DNA of 49,200 nucleotides from Candidatus Dojkabacteria bacterium (lineage in GTDB: Bacteria; Patescibacteriota; Dojkabacteria; J137), in NCBI GenBank assembly GCA_025061805.1, contig JANWZV010000003.1, forward strand, positions 1-49,200, written 5' to 3'. The notes beneath the pieces are model-generated. The model saw nothing but the letters and a program-made list of their open reading frames with translations, did no database searches and had not been told where the DNA came from. The translations under genes and the position numbers were made by a program. Positions 27,527 to 36,717 of the stretch are shown here, in pieces; position 1 is the first letter of the stretch, and every line of letters starts with the position of its first letter.

Positions 27527-28673
27527 TGCGTTTATTTAAACGATCCAATGTTTTTTTCCATTGAATCATGGGATCATATGATTCATTCATCGCTGAATTT
27601 AAATTAGCTTGAGATTCAATAATTTCAAGTTGTTTATTAACATATTCATTATTACTCAAAGAAGAAACTGGTTTATTACCTTGTTGAGGAATTTTATTTG
27701 AAGGAGTAGTAGAATGTGATTCAACTATTTTTTCTTTTGATAAATTTTTGTTCTCAAAAGAACTTTCTTGAATCACTAAATCTACAATTTCCTTCAACTT
27801 ATTCTCAACATCATTAATATTTACATTCTCAAGTAATTTATACACTTTTTCCCTTTGTTTTCTTGTTAAACCCTCTGTTATTTCAGCGATTTTTACTTTT
27901 TTTTCCAATTCTCTAACCTTTGCAGTCAAGGAAACTGCTTCTCTCACTTTAGCATTATATTGCTCAGAAATTTGTTCTATTTTTTTCTGAGCTTCTTTTA
28001 GTGTCTCATAACCGGTTGAATCTACTTTAATGTAGTTTCTGGAAAATGTTTCCAGAATTCCGTTTACGAGACCCTCATATGCCTTTGATTTGGCAGCTGC
28101 TTCAAAAATACCTTGGGGAATATGCTTTGGAAGTTCAGCTTCCAAATATTGGTCAATCTTTTCAAGCAAATCCTTACGGTATTTACTAACATCTCTAGCA
28201 AGAGCAGCTTCTTGCTCTATTCTAAAATTCTTTGCTTCTTCAAGAGCAATCTCTTGAACTTTTTCTTTATATTCTTGTGCTACTTCTTCAACAACTCTTT
28301 CAACTTGCTCACGATATTCTAACGCAGATTCTTCAATAGCCTTTAATGCTTCATTCTTAAAGTTTTCAACTTCTTCTAGCATAATTTGCTCTTTGATAGC
28401 AAAAGCTTCTGCTAAATCTTGTGCAAATTCTTCTGCTTCCTTTTTAAATGTTTCTTCTTCACATTGAATTTTTTCTTTTAATTTTTCAATTTCTTCATCT
28501 TTCTTTTTAATAATTTCTTCATATCTTTTAATTTTTTCTTTTAAAGATTCAATTTGGTTTTCAGCTTTTTTAGCAGCTATTTCATCAATATGATCTGAAA
28601 TTTCTGAAGCAACTTCATCATTCATTGCTTCGCCCAAAACATTTTTTAAAGATTCAAGAATTTTCTCTTTCAT
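27522..28673 (-). CDS. gp22: Prohead core scaffold protein gp22
   Basis: Acidic coiled coil with KIDQYLE and EGLTRKQREKVYKLLE. Lies between gp21 and gp23. Confidence 0.88.
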   Translation of the reverse strand: MKEKILESLKNVLGEAMNDEVASEISDHIDEIAAKKAENQIESLKEKIKRYEEIIKKKDEEIEKLKEKIQCEEETFKKEAEEFAQDLAEAFAIKEQIMLEEVENFKNEALKAIEESALEYREQVERVVEEVAQEYKEKVQEIALEEAKNFRIEQEAALARDVSKYRKDLLEKIDQYLEAELPKHIPQGIFEAAAKSKAYEGLVNGILETFSRNYIKVDSTGYETLKEAQKKIEQISEQYNAKVREAVSLTAKVRELEKKVKIAEITEGLTRKQREKVYKLLENVNINDVENKLKEIVDLVIQESSFENKNLSKEKIVESHSTTPSNKIPQQGNKPVSSLSNNEYVNKQLEIIESQANLNSAMNESYDPMIQWKKTLDRLNKRI

Positions 28674-28699
28674 TTGAAAATCCTTTCTTGTATATGATA

Positions 28700-28707
28700 T
28701 ATTTATA
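28700..28707 (-). promoter_or_regulatory. T4-type late promoter TATAAATA
   Basis: Exact consensus in the gap upstream of gp22. Confidence 0.65.
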
Positions 28708-28712
28708 AGAAG

Positions 28713-29405
28713 TTATGCTAAATCGTCTAAAAATTTTTTAATCACTTCAATAAGATATTGATTTCTTTCTTTTTTTGGTAAAGAAATTAAAGATTCTTTA
28801 AGATTTTTATAAGCTTTTTCGCTTTTCATTAATGATTTTGGAGTGTACTTTCCACCAACACGAATATATTCAACATTTTCTAAAATTCCATTCACAAACC
28901 CATCTGGAGCTGATGGATCTGCAACAATATCAACAGTTATTAATTCATATTCAGTAACTAAAACATTATCAGAAGATAAAGATTCTTCAACATTTCCAAG
29001 ACCTCGTGAAGAAACACCTAATTGACCATCAGCCTTGAGAAGTGATTCTGCTATCCTACCATATTCTGTATCTAAAATTTTTGCTTTTCCAATAACATCA
29101 TTTCCACTCCATCTTAATTCTGTAATCATGTGAGAAACTCTATGTAAATTAATTTCAACTCCTTCAGGATGTCCTAATTCACCAAATGTTCTCCATTTTT
29201 TTGTTTTTTCATTTGGAAATCTATCTTTAATATAATTTTCAATGCATTTTTCCATCAATGATTTTGGATAAATTCTTCCATTTCTATTTTTCTTTTCTGT
29301 TTGAATAAAAATTCCCTCAATATATGGATGCTTTTTTCCACCTTCTTCACTTTCATAAGCAAATTTTCCAATTGATTCAAAATTTGCTTCAGTAATTAAT
29401 TTCAT
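28713..29405 (-). CDS. gp21: Prohead protease gp21
   Basis: YIEGIFIQ, KNRNGRIYP, GELGHP, GVSSRGLG, DIVADPSAPDGFV. Confidence 0.97.
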   Translation of the reverse strand: MKLITEANFESIGKFAYESEEGGKKHPYIEGIFIQTEKKNRNGRIYPKSLMEKCIENYIKDRFPNEKTKKWRTFGELGHPEGVEINLHRVSHMITELRWSGNDVIGKAKILDTEYGRIAESLLKADGQLGVSSRGLGNVEESLSSDNVLVTEYELITVDIVADPSAPDGFVNGILENVEYIRVGGKYTPKSLMKSEKAYKNLKESLISLPKKERNQYLIEVIKKFLDDLA

Positions 29406-29408
29406 GAA

Positions 29409-29966
29409 TTACTCCTTAGATTTATTTAATGATTTCAGAAACATATTTCTTTTCTTATTCAATAAAAGTTCAACTTTTGACTTAATAACTTCAGGAAAAT
29501 ATTTTTGTGCTTCTACATAATTATTTGTTTGTAAACAATCAAACCATCTTGATAAACTTTCTTTATATTTAAGTTTTGTATCCATAATAAGTTTTGCCTC
29601 CTCTACATTGATTTCATCTAATTTCTTTTTGAGCTCTTGAATAACACCATTCCAATATTCTTGCCGAGATTTATCAATTTTTTTATTTTCGCTTTTTAAT
29701 TTATTTTCATATTGATATTTAGCTTCATCCCATAATTTTTCCATTTTTTGTATTGGAATTTTATACTTTTTTGATAAAGAAAACAATAATTCACTAGATT
29801 CATTAATTACATCATCTAAATCTTTTGATTCATCATAATTTGCATATAATGCACGAAGTTGCCGTATTGCCTTTTTTCTGGTAGAATGTGTCCCATAAAC
29901 TCTACTAGGTCTATCTTTATTATAGACCTCCCATTTATCTCCAGATTTTCTAATAGCAAACGGCAT
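29409..29966 (-). CDS. Hypothetical protein in the prohead-core position (gp67/gp68 slot)
   Basis: Lies between the portal and protease genes. N-terminal small domain MPFAIRKSGDKWEVYNK...YGTHSTRKKAIRQLRAL. Confidence 0.7.
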   Translation of the reverse strand: MPFAIRKSGDKWEVYNKDRPSRVYGTHSTRKKAIRQLRALYANYDESKDLDDVINESSELLFSLSKKYKIPIQKMEKLWDEAKYQYENKLKSENKKIDKSRQEYWNGVIQELKKKLDEINVEEAKLIMDTKLKYKESLSRWFDCLQTNNYVEAQKYFPEVIKSKVELLLNKKRNMFLKSLNKSKE

Positions 29967-29990
29967 AAAAATCCTTCTAATAAAATTTAA

Positions 29991-30365
29991 TCAATGTAGC
30001 TTACCATCATTTCCTTTATTTAAATCACTATCAAGTGATAATCCTAAAGCAGAACGAATTTTTTTTCTAAATTCAGCAAATTCTTTTTCTGCTCCTTTAG
30101 CTACAATAAACTTATCACCCTTTCTTTCTTGATCTGTGTTTTTATTTACAGAATCTTTTGAACCTTCAAACTTATTTGGAGCTTCGCTAGCTCCCGGTTT
30201 TCTTTTATTTTCTGCTTTTGTTTCAATTTCATTTTCAACATCATACTTTTTGGGAGCATTTTGTGCGCCAGGTTCACGAATTGTCTTTACTGGTTTTGAA
30301 TGTGTGTCTTTTGACATAAAACCAACTGGCTTTCCTTGTTTGAAATCGCTTGTATCATTTGGCAT
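29991..30365 (-). CDS. Hypothetical hydrophilic protein in the prohead-core position
   Basis: 124 aa with an internal duplicated motif (REPGAQNAPKKYD / RKPGASEAPNKFE), an AAGGAG SD and a late promoter. Confidence 0.7.
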   Translation of the reverse strand: MPNDTSDFKQGKPVGFMSKDTHSKPVKTIREPGAQNAPKKYDVENEIETKAENKRKPGASEAPNKFEGSKDSVNKNTDQERKGDKFIVAKGAEKEFAEFRKKIRSALGLSLDSDLNKGNDGKLH

Positions 30366-30389
30366 ATTTGTCTCCTTTTCTATGTTATT

Positions 30390-30397
30390 TATTTATA
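30390..30397 (-). promoter_or_regulatory. T4-type late promoter TATAAATA
   Basis: Exact consensus upstream of the ATG at 30365. Confidence 0.65.
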
Positions 30398-30470
30398 TTA
30401 TATTTTTATCTTTTAAAATTTATGCTGGTGGTGGAAGATTTTCTCCACCACCAACCCCACCCGACCCAAC

Positions 30471-32045
30471 TTAATACCCGTAACCCGAAACATAATTTTC
30501 TTGGGCAAGTAATTCTTGATTTAAATTCCATTCTTCATCTGTAATTTCTAACAATTTTTGAACAACCCATTTTCTTGAAAATATTGGTTTTTCAGTATTT
30601 ATTAAATCTTTAAACTTTTCAAAATTACCAAACCTTAATTCATATATTTTTGCTGCTAAGAATTTTTCAAACAGGTTATTAGCACATAATTTAATCTTAA
30701 AATCTTGTTCACTAATACCATATTCTTCTGCAATTCCTCTTAACTTCAAATGTGTTAAGAAAATATCTTTAAACAAGTATGAAAATCTATCAGAATATCT
30801 TTTTACTTCTTTCATAAACTTTACTTCTTCACGTGTTATATCTGATGTATCTCCAATAGAAAATTTATTATCTTCACCAAATCTACTTTTTGGTATTTTC
30901 AAACCTCTATAAAGTTTATTTAAGAAATACTCAACATCAGCAACTTCACCTAATCCCTGACCACCTTGTAACGTTGTCACATCTGATCCTCTTCCACCTT
31001 GAAAAACCGGAAACCAAAAATCCTCAGTCATAGCCATAGAATCTAAACCTTCAGCAATATCTCCAGTAACTGGATCAAAAAATTTCCTTTGTCTATATTT
31101 TCTAATCATTTCTTGCATAAATTGTTCAGCTCTTCCTTTTGGAAGAGAACCAACATCAATTTTAAATACTCTTCTTTCCGGAGCGCGAACAATACGATAA
31201 ATCACAAGAGCATCTTCTAATAATTTCAATCTTTTATAAGTTACTTTAGATTCTTCTAAAAATGAAAGAACAACTTTCATATCATTGTCACGACTCCAAT
31301 CATATTTTCCACTATTTGCGTAAGCAACCAAATTTTTATTTACATTAATAGCATTTGTTCCATCTCCTTGATAAGCAAAAAATAAAATTTCATCAGATTC
31401 TGGGTTTTTCCAAATTGGATATATTTTTTCTGTTGGTAATCTTTCAATTTTTATAATTCCTTTGTTTTCTTGATTTATATCAAAAACTTTTTCAAAAAAT
31501 ATTTCACCATCAATCATATATTCTCTAAACCATTGATAAATAAACTTATCAATTTTAATAACTTCATTCATTAAATAATCAAATTCATATAAAATTGTTT
31601 TTCTTTGATTATCATTTTCTCTAAATAATTTATTTGTAATATGTAATTCTATGTACTCTCCTTTTTCATTTTCATTAATTGCTTCATCTACATATTCATC
31701 TACAGCAAATGCAATTTCTGGATATTTAGCCATTTCTCTATACAAAGCAATTCGTGTTCTTTTATCTCTTTCTAATGAATAAATGTATTTTGAATAAATA
31801 TTAACTGTTTGTTGAAAATCTGCTCCCAATGAAGATTGTAATGTATTACTATCGCTAACTACTGCATCAAATACAGATTGAGATGTTTTTTCTTCAGTTG
31901 GATTTTTTGGAGATTCAGTATCTAAAGTATTTGAAATTGTGTTTCTTGCTTTGTAAAGAACCTTCTTTTCTTCTGGAGTTAAAACATCATTATTAATTCT
32001 ATTTGCTCTATTTCCAAACCTAAAGAATGAAAATATATTTGCCAT
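30471..32045 (-). CDS. gp20: Portal protein gp20 (C-terminus may really extend to 30420)
   Basis: YREMAKYPEI, LLEDALVIYRIVRAPERRVFKIDVGSLPKGRAEQF, MTEDFWFP, ITREEVKF. Confidence 0.98.
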   Translation of the reverse strand: MANIFSFFRFGNRANRINNDVLTPEEKKVLYKARNTISNTLDTESPKNPTEEKTSQSVFDAVVSDSNTLQSSLGADFQQTVNIYSKYIYSLERDKRTRIALYREMAKYPEIAFAVDEYVDEAINENEKGEYIELHITNKLFRENDNQRKTILYEFDYLMNEVIKIDKFIYQWFREYMIDGEIFFEKVFDINQENKGIIKIERLPTEKIYPIWKNPESDEILFFAYQGDGTNAINVNKNLVAYANSGKYDWSRDNDMKVVLSFLEESKVTYKRLKLLEDALVIYRIVRAPERRVFKIDVGSLPKGRAEQFMQEMIRKYRQRKFFDPVTGDIAEGLDSMAMTEDFWFPVFQGGRGSDVTTLQGGQGLGEVADVEYFLNKLYRGLKIPKSRFGEDNKFSIGDTSDITREEVKFMKEVKRYSDRFSYLFKDIFLTHLKLRGIAEEYGISEQDFKIKLCANNLFEKFLAAKIYELRFGNFEKFKDLINTEKPIFSRKWVVQKLLEITDEEWNLNQELLAQENYVSGYGY

Positions 32046-32063
32046 TTTATTTCCCCTCTAATA

Positions 32064-32696
32064 TTAATCAAGAGTCCCAGGAGCTAATTCAACTGTTTGA
32101 TTATAAAAAAATCTTGCTTTATTAATATCTAATAATATACATTTTTGCATTTTTAATATATTGTATAATCTAAAATATTTTCTTAAAACATCATAAATTG
32201 GTGAATATAATCCATAATTAAAATTTTTATACAAAAAAGCTATATTTAAATTAAAAAAACTTAATGATATATTTTTTTTAGTTAAAATTTTATTTCCTTT
32301 ATCATCAAATTCCGAAAAATAGTAATATTTTTCTAAAGCATAAAATAATTTTTCTGCTTCCGAATCTTTTTGACTTATTTTGAACTTTCTCAAGTCAACA
32401 CCAGAAATTAATTTTTTACTTGGATAATAACCAGAAACTACAATTAATGGATTTAAAACTACTTTTTCATCTTTTCTTAAAGAATTAGCTTCACTTATAC
32501 TTGGAATTTCTCTGCTAACATAATCAAAAGATAAAAAATCTCCAGCAATAACACTATTTCTTATAACAGAAATTCCTTCTTCATTTTCTTTTTTTCCAAC
32601 TTGATTTGGCTTGTAAATAATACTTGTTTCAAAAGTCAAAATTCCACCAGGTATTAAAGATTTAGAAAAAAATGGTAGACTATCATTTATTTTCAT
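32064..32696 (-). CDS. Hypothetical protein, possibly DNA end protector gp2-like
   Basis: NPLIVVSG...ISGVDLR and LRKYFRLY loosely resemble gp2-family motifs. Late promoter upstream; adjacent to the portal gene. Confidence 0.45.
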   Translation of the reverse strand: MKINDSLPFFSKSLIPGGILTFETSIIYKPNQVGKKENEEGISVIRNSVIAGDFLSFDYVSREIPSISEANSLRKDEKVVLNPLIVVSGYYPSKKLISGVDLRKFKISQKDSEAEKLFYALEKYYYFSEFDDKGNKILTKKNISLSFFNLNIAFLYKNFNYGLYSPIYDVLRKYFRLYNILKMQKCILLDINKARFFYNQTVELAPGTLD

Positions 32697-32702
32697 ATAA
32701 AT

Positions 32703-34055
32703 TTATTTATAATTTTTTAACTTTATTTTTTCAATATATTCCTTTATATAATTTTCTTGATTTTCTAAATGAACAATAGTAGCATTTTTATCAGTTTCAA
32801 AATCTGTATGCCAAGGAATAAATTTACTTTCTGTTATTTTTATAGTATGATAATCAAAATAATTATGTAGGATTTCTTCTATTGTATATTTAGGAGAAAC
32901 TAGATTATAAAAAACTGGTTTTTCTTCATTGTAAATAAACTTATTATTCAAAATATTTTCAAAAACCCACTTAGCAATAACTTGAACATGTGTCGGTCTT
33001 ATATGATGTTTTGGATCAAACTCTATTGTTTTTAATAGTTTAATTTGGTTAAAAAGTTTATAAAAAACATTACAAAAATCTTGAACATCATCTGTAAATA
33101 AATTAGAAACCCTTAAAACAAAAATATTTTTTAATTTGACATTATTTTGTATTTGTTCAAGAATATAATTCTCATATTCTTTTTTACTTTGTGTATATTT
33201 ATCCAATTTTTCTTTTGGATATTTTTCTAAATTAACATTTTTATAAACATAATCAGTACTAAAATGAATAAATTTAATATTTAATTTATTTAATTTTTCT
33301 CCAAGAAAATATGGAAAAATAGCATTTACTCTTTTTACTTCATTAAAATCCAAAATATTTTCTATATCTTGAACATTAGTTTTTCCACAACAATTAATAA
33401 CATAAACATTTTCTGACTTAAAATAATTTTTAACATCATTTATTTTATTTGCGAAATCAAATATAAAATTATTATCAAAAATAGGAAATTTATCAAAAAA
33501 AGGAATAACTTGATAATTATCTAATGATAAATTTTTCATAAAAATATCATAAATTGTTCTTCCTAATCTTCCCTGAGAACCAAGAATAAAAATAATAGGT
33601 TTTCCAAAAATATTATCTTCATATCTTATTTCATCAACTTTGTACTTCTTTCCTTTTCCTTTGTAAAGACTTGTTGGAAAATTTCCAGTTATTGAATTTT
33701 TAAAATCTAAATTTCTATATGCATGAATAATTGGTGGTTCAACTTTAATTCTAAAAATATTTTGATTATCTGTAACAAAATATTCAAATTTCTTATTCTC
33801 ATCAAAAAAATAATAAACCATCTTATTTTTCCATGAAATAAAATAATCTATCTGTTTTCTATGTTGATGTGGACCTCTCATAAAAAATGGTTTTGTTTCA
33901 GACCAATAAGATTGTTTAACATTTTTTGTTTGATCATCATCAGAACGCCAAACTTCACATAAATTTCCTCTAGCATCTTTATAATCTTCAATAATATCAA
34001 TTGTAACTTTTCCATTAAAAAATGATGCAACTCTTTTATATGCTACTGTACTCAT
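32703..34055 (-). CDS. rmlC-rmlD: Fusion of an RmlC-like cupin epimerase (N-terminal) and an RmlD-like dTDP-4-dehydrorhamnose reductase (C-terminal)
   Basis: Cupin part DARGNLCEVWR, RGPHQH, IHAYRN, DEIR. SDR part ILGSQGRLG, INCCGKTNV, HFSTDYVY and the YxxxK motif YTQSK. Confidence 0.85.
   Translation of the reverse strand: MSTVAYKRVASFFNGKVTIDIIEDYKDARGNLCEVWRSDDDQTKNVKQSYWSETKPFFMRGPHQHRKQIDYFISWKNKMVYYFFDENKKFEYFVTDNQNIFRIKVEPPIIHAYRNLDFKNSITGNFPTSLYKGKGKKYKVDEIRYEDNIFGKPIIFILGSQGRLGRTIYDIFMKNLSLDNYQVIPFFDKFPIFDNNFIFDFANKINDVKNYFKSENVYVINCCGKTNVQDIENILDFNEVKRVNAIFPYFLGEKLNKLNIKFIHFSTDYVYKNVNLEKYPKEKLDKYTQSKKEYENYILEQIQNNVKLKNIFVLRVSNLFTDDVQDFCNVFYKLFNQIKLLKTIEFDPKHHIRPTHVQVIAKWVFENILNNKFIYNEEKPVFYNLVSPKYTIEEILHNYFDYHTIKITESKFIPWHTDFETDKNATIVHLENQENYIKEYIEKIKLKNYK
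32704..32711 (-). promoter_or_regulatory. T4-type late promoter TATAAATA
   Basis: Exact consensus overlapping the rmlCD stop; it would start the head operon. Confidence 0.55.
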
Positions 34056-34058
34056 AAT

Positions 34059-35123
34059 TTATTCTCCCAAGAAAAATGACCTATTTTCAACATACCAATC
34101 AATTGTTTCTGATAATCTTCTTTTTAAAGAAACTAAAGATGTCCAAGGAAGAGTGTCTTTAAGCATATATGCTTGATCATGTCCTAATCTATCTTTTATA
34201 AAAATAAATTCACCAGAAATATTATATTTCAATTTTAATTCTGATAAAATAAATTCAACAATTTGAACATTATTAAACAATTCTTGTGGTTTATAGGGGT
34301 AACCAATATGAATTATTGTATTATAATTTAAAGGATTTTGAAAAATATCACAAATTAAAGATACTGAATCTTTAACTGGAGTCCACTGTCTAATATTTTT
34401 ACCATTTCCATAAATTTCAATTGGCTTATTTCTCAAAACTTTAAATATAGCATTTGGAATAAATTTTTCTAAATGTTGATATGGACCAAATTGATTTGCT
34501 AATCGAATAATTTTAACAGGAAAATTAAAAGTATGTTTCAAACTTAATAGAAATAAATCTTGTGCTGCTTTTGAAGCAGAATATGGATTTTGTGGATTTA
34601 ATGGTGATTTTGTAGAAAAGTAATAATTTTCATCAAAAATATTTTCTAATTTTATATCACCATAAACTTCATCTGTACTTATATGAAAAAAATAATTAAT
34701 ATTTTTTATTTGAGTTAAATTTGAGACAATAGAAACATTATTTAATAAAAATTTTTGGGGCGTTTTAATACTGTTATCAACATGACTACAACTAGCAAAA
34801 TTGATAATATCAACAATTGTATTTCTTTTTTGAATTTCTTCACATATTTTTGAAAATTTTGAAGAAGATAAATCATATTTTTTTAAGTAAATTGGTACAT
34901 TAAGTTTTTTAAATTTTTCAATAACACTATTAAAAAAATACATATTATAACAGTTTGCATAATAATCTTCAAATAAATCAATTATATAAATTTCTGATAA
35001 ATCATTTAAAAAATATTTAAAATTATTCTCATTATTTTTATATCTTTCAAAGAAATATTCTAAAAAATTTAATCCTATAAATCCACAAACACCAGTTAAA
35101 ACTAATGTTTTTTGATCATTCAT
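34059..35123 (-). CDS. rmlB: dTDP-glucose 4,6-dehydratase
   Basis: LTGVCGFIG, SHVDNSI, HISTDEVYG, PQNPYSASK, GPYQHLEKFIP, YGNGKNIRQW, DRLGHDQAY. Confidence 0.95.
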   Translation of the reverse strand: MNDQKTLVLTGVCGFIGLNFLEYFFERYKNNENNFKYFLNDLSEIYIIDLFEDYYANCYNMYFFNSVIEKFKKLNVPIYLKKYDLSSSKFSKICEEIQKRNTIVDIINFASCSHVDNSIKTPQKFLLNNVSIVSNLTQIKNINYFFHISTDEVYGDIKLENIFDENYYFSTKSPLNPQNPYSASKAAQDLFLLSLKHTFNFPVKIIRLANQFGPYQHLEKFIPNAIFKVLRNKPIEIYGNGKNIRQWTPVKDSVSLICDIFQNPLNYNTIIHIGYPYKPQELFNNVQIVEFILSELKLKYNISGEFIFIKDRLGHDQAYMLKDTLPWTSLVSLKRRLSETIDWYVENRSFFLGE

Positions 35124-35138
35124 TAAAAATCTCCTTAA

Positions 35139-35178
35139 AATAGTAGTTGTTCAACAAAATGGTTGATCAACCACTATT
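35139..35178 (-). terminator. Long hairpin between gp32 and rmlB (terminator/attenuator or processing site)
   Basis: Minus strand AATAGTGGTTGATCAAC-CATTTT-GTTGAACAACTACTATT: 17-nt arms with one A-A mismatch and one G-U pair, ending next to the rmlB AAGGAG SD. Confidence 0.55.
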
Positions 35179-36088
35179 AAAATGGTGGTTGATCATCATC
35201 AAATTTAATTTTATCAATATCAATATCATCATTTTCAACATTTTCACTCTTATGAATTGCACTATGCACTTTTTCTCTTACAACAACATTTTCCTGTGAT
35301 TCTTTCTTTGTGTTTTTATTTTCCAAATTGTGTTTATTATTTTCATTTGTTGTAGAAGAAAAATTACCAAGCAATGACTTTAATTCATCATATGTCTTTA
35401 CTCTATTATTTAATATAACTTCATTCAAATCCTTTATATTTTTAATAATCTTCTCTTCTTCATCTGGATTACAAATAGCACTTGGTTTTCTTGAAAAATC
35501 AGAAGAATCATAATTTTGATAGTTTGAAACTTGCTTTACTATCAAATTAAAATCATATCCTTCTGTTTGGTGCCAGAAAAAAAGATTATGAGTTAGTATA
35601 GCCTCAATAAATTTATCATAAATTTTAGAACCAAATTCCCAAACAAGAACTTTTCCGGCCTGGTTTTCTTCTCCTTTTCTTGGATCTTCTTTCACTAAAA
35701 CATTCACAAAATATCTTCTCTTTATCCAATATTGACGAGCTAAATCAGTTGAATTTTTATCACCCTTACCAAACAAAAACTTAGAAAATTCACAAATTGG
35801 ACACTTATTTTGGAATGTTGTTGGACAAATTTCATAAACCATCTTTCCTTCTGCAGTATTAAAAATATGAACATTTGCTTGAATCCAAGGTGGATTTGGA
35901 CCATTATCTATCTTGCCATTTTTAATATTTGGAAGCACTCTAACTTTATATGTTGTTTTTGTTTCACCTTTAATTAACTTTGGTGTAAACCTCCAATCTC
36001 CACTTGACTTTTGTTGTATATTCTTCTTTTCAAGAAGAGACTTCTTGAGGGTTTCGAAGGAATTTATATCGAGATCAAACTTAGTCAT
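35177..36088 (-). CDS. gp32: Single-stranded DNA-binding protein gp32
   Basis: VRVLP, Zn ligands H...CPTT...CPIC, RYFVNVLVKEDP, GKVLVWEFGSKIYDK, GYDFNL, NYDSSDF and an acidic tail. Confidence 0.95.
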   Translation of the reverse strand: MTKFDLDINSFETLKKSLLEKKNIQQKSSGDWRFTPKLIKGETKTTYKVRVLPNIKNGKIDNGPNPPWIQANVHIFNTAEGKMVYEICPTTFQNKCPICEFSKFLFGKGDKNSTDLARQYWIKRRYFVNVLVKEDPRKGEENQAGKVLVWEFGSKIYDKFIEAILTHNLFFWHQTEGYDFNLIVKQVSNYQNYDSSDFSRKPSAICNPDEEEKIIKNIKDLNEVILNNRVKTYDELKSLLGNFSSTTNENNKHNLENKNTKKESQENVVVREKVHSAIHKSENVENDDIDIDKIKFDDDQPPF

Positions 36089-36120
36089 GTTATTCTCCTT
36101 TCATATCTAATGATGTTTTA

Positions 36121-36148
36121 ATTATATCTTTTATATTTTTTTTGTCAA
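36121..36148 (-). promoter_or_regulatory. Host sigma70-type promoter TTGACA-N16-TATAAT upstream of gp32
   Basis: Perfect -35 (36143-36148) and -10 (36121-36126) hexamers with a 16-nt spacer. Confidence 0.8.
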
Positions 36149-36717
36149 ACAGTTCCTGAAGACCCAAATCCATTTTTGTTTCTTTGTGATGCTATTGAAG
36201 TTGCAAGATGAAATTCTTCTGATGATAGATAATTTTCTGTTTTTGTAATATTATCATTCTTATGATTATCAATCCATTCTTGAGAATGATAAATAACTTC
36301 AGTTTGTAATAAAGGAATTTTATGAATCACTAATTGAGCTATTTTTGATTCCATAAAAATGTTAACTGGATGATATTTATCAGAATTAAATAAAATAACT
36401 TTTATATTTCCGGTATACAATTCATCAATTGTACCAGGAGTATTCAGAACTGTTAATCCACTTTTGATAGCATTTCCACTTCTAGGCCTTACATCAGCTA
36501 CATATAAACAATTTTTTTCATTATTAAAAATTCTTGACTTATTTAAAAGTACAACTACACCAGTATCAATAATTGCTCTTCCTAAAGGTGGTATAATTGT
36601 TTCTTCTGCTGCAAATAAATCAAATCCAGCATCATTTTCATATACTCTTTCTGGGCAACGAGCGTTTTTATGTGTTAAAGCAAAAAATATTTTATTCATA
36701 GTTAATTTCTCCTTCAT
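36145..36717 (-). CDS. dut: Trimeric dUTPase
   Basis: All five motifs present: AGFDL, RPRSG, PGTIDELYTG, IAQL, RNKNGFGSSG. Confidence 0.96.
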   Translation of the reverse strand: MKEKLTMNKIFFALTHKNARCPERVYENDAGFDLFAAEETIIPPLGRAIIDTGVVVLLNKSRIFNNEKNCLYVADVRPRSGNAIKSGLTVLNTPGTIDELYTGNIKVILFNSDKYHPVNIFMESKIAQLVIHKIPLLQTEVIYHSQEWIDNHKNDNITKTENYLSSEEFHLATSIASQRNKNGFGSSGTV

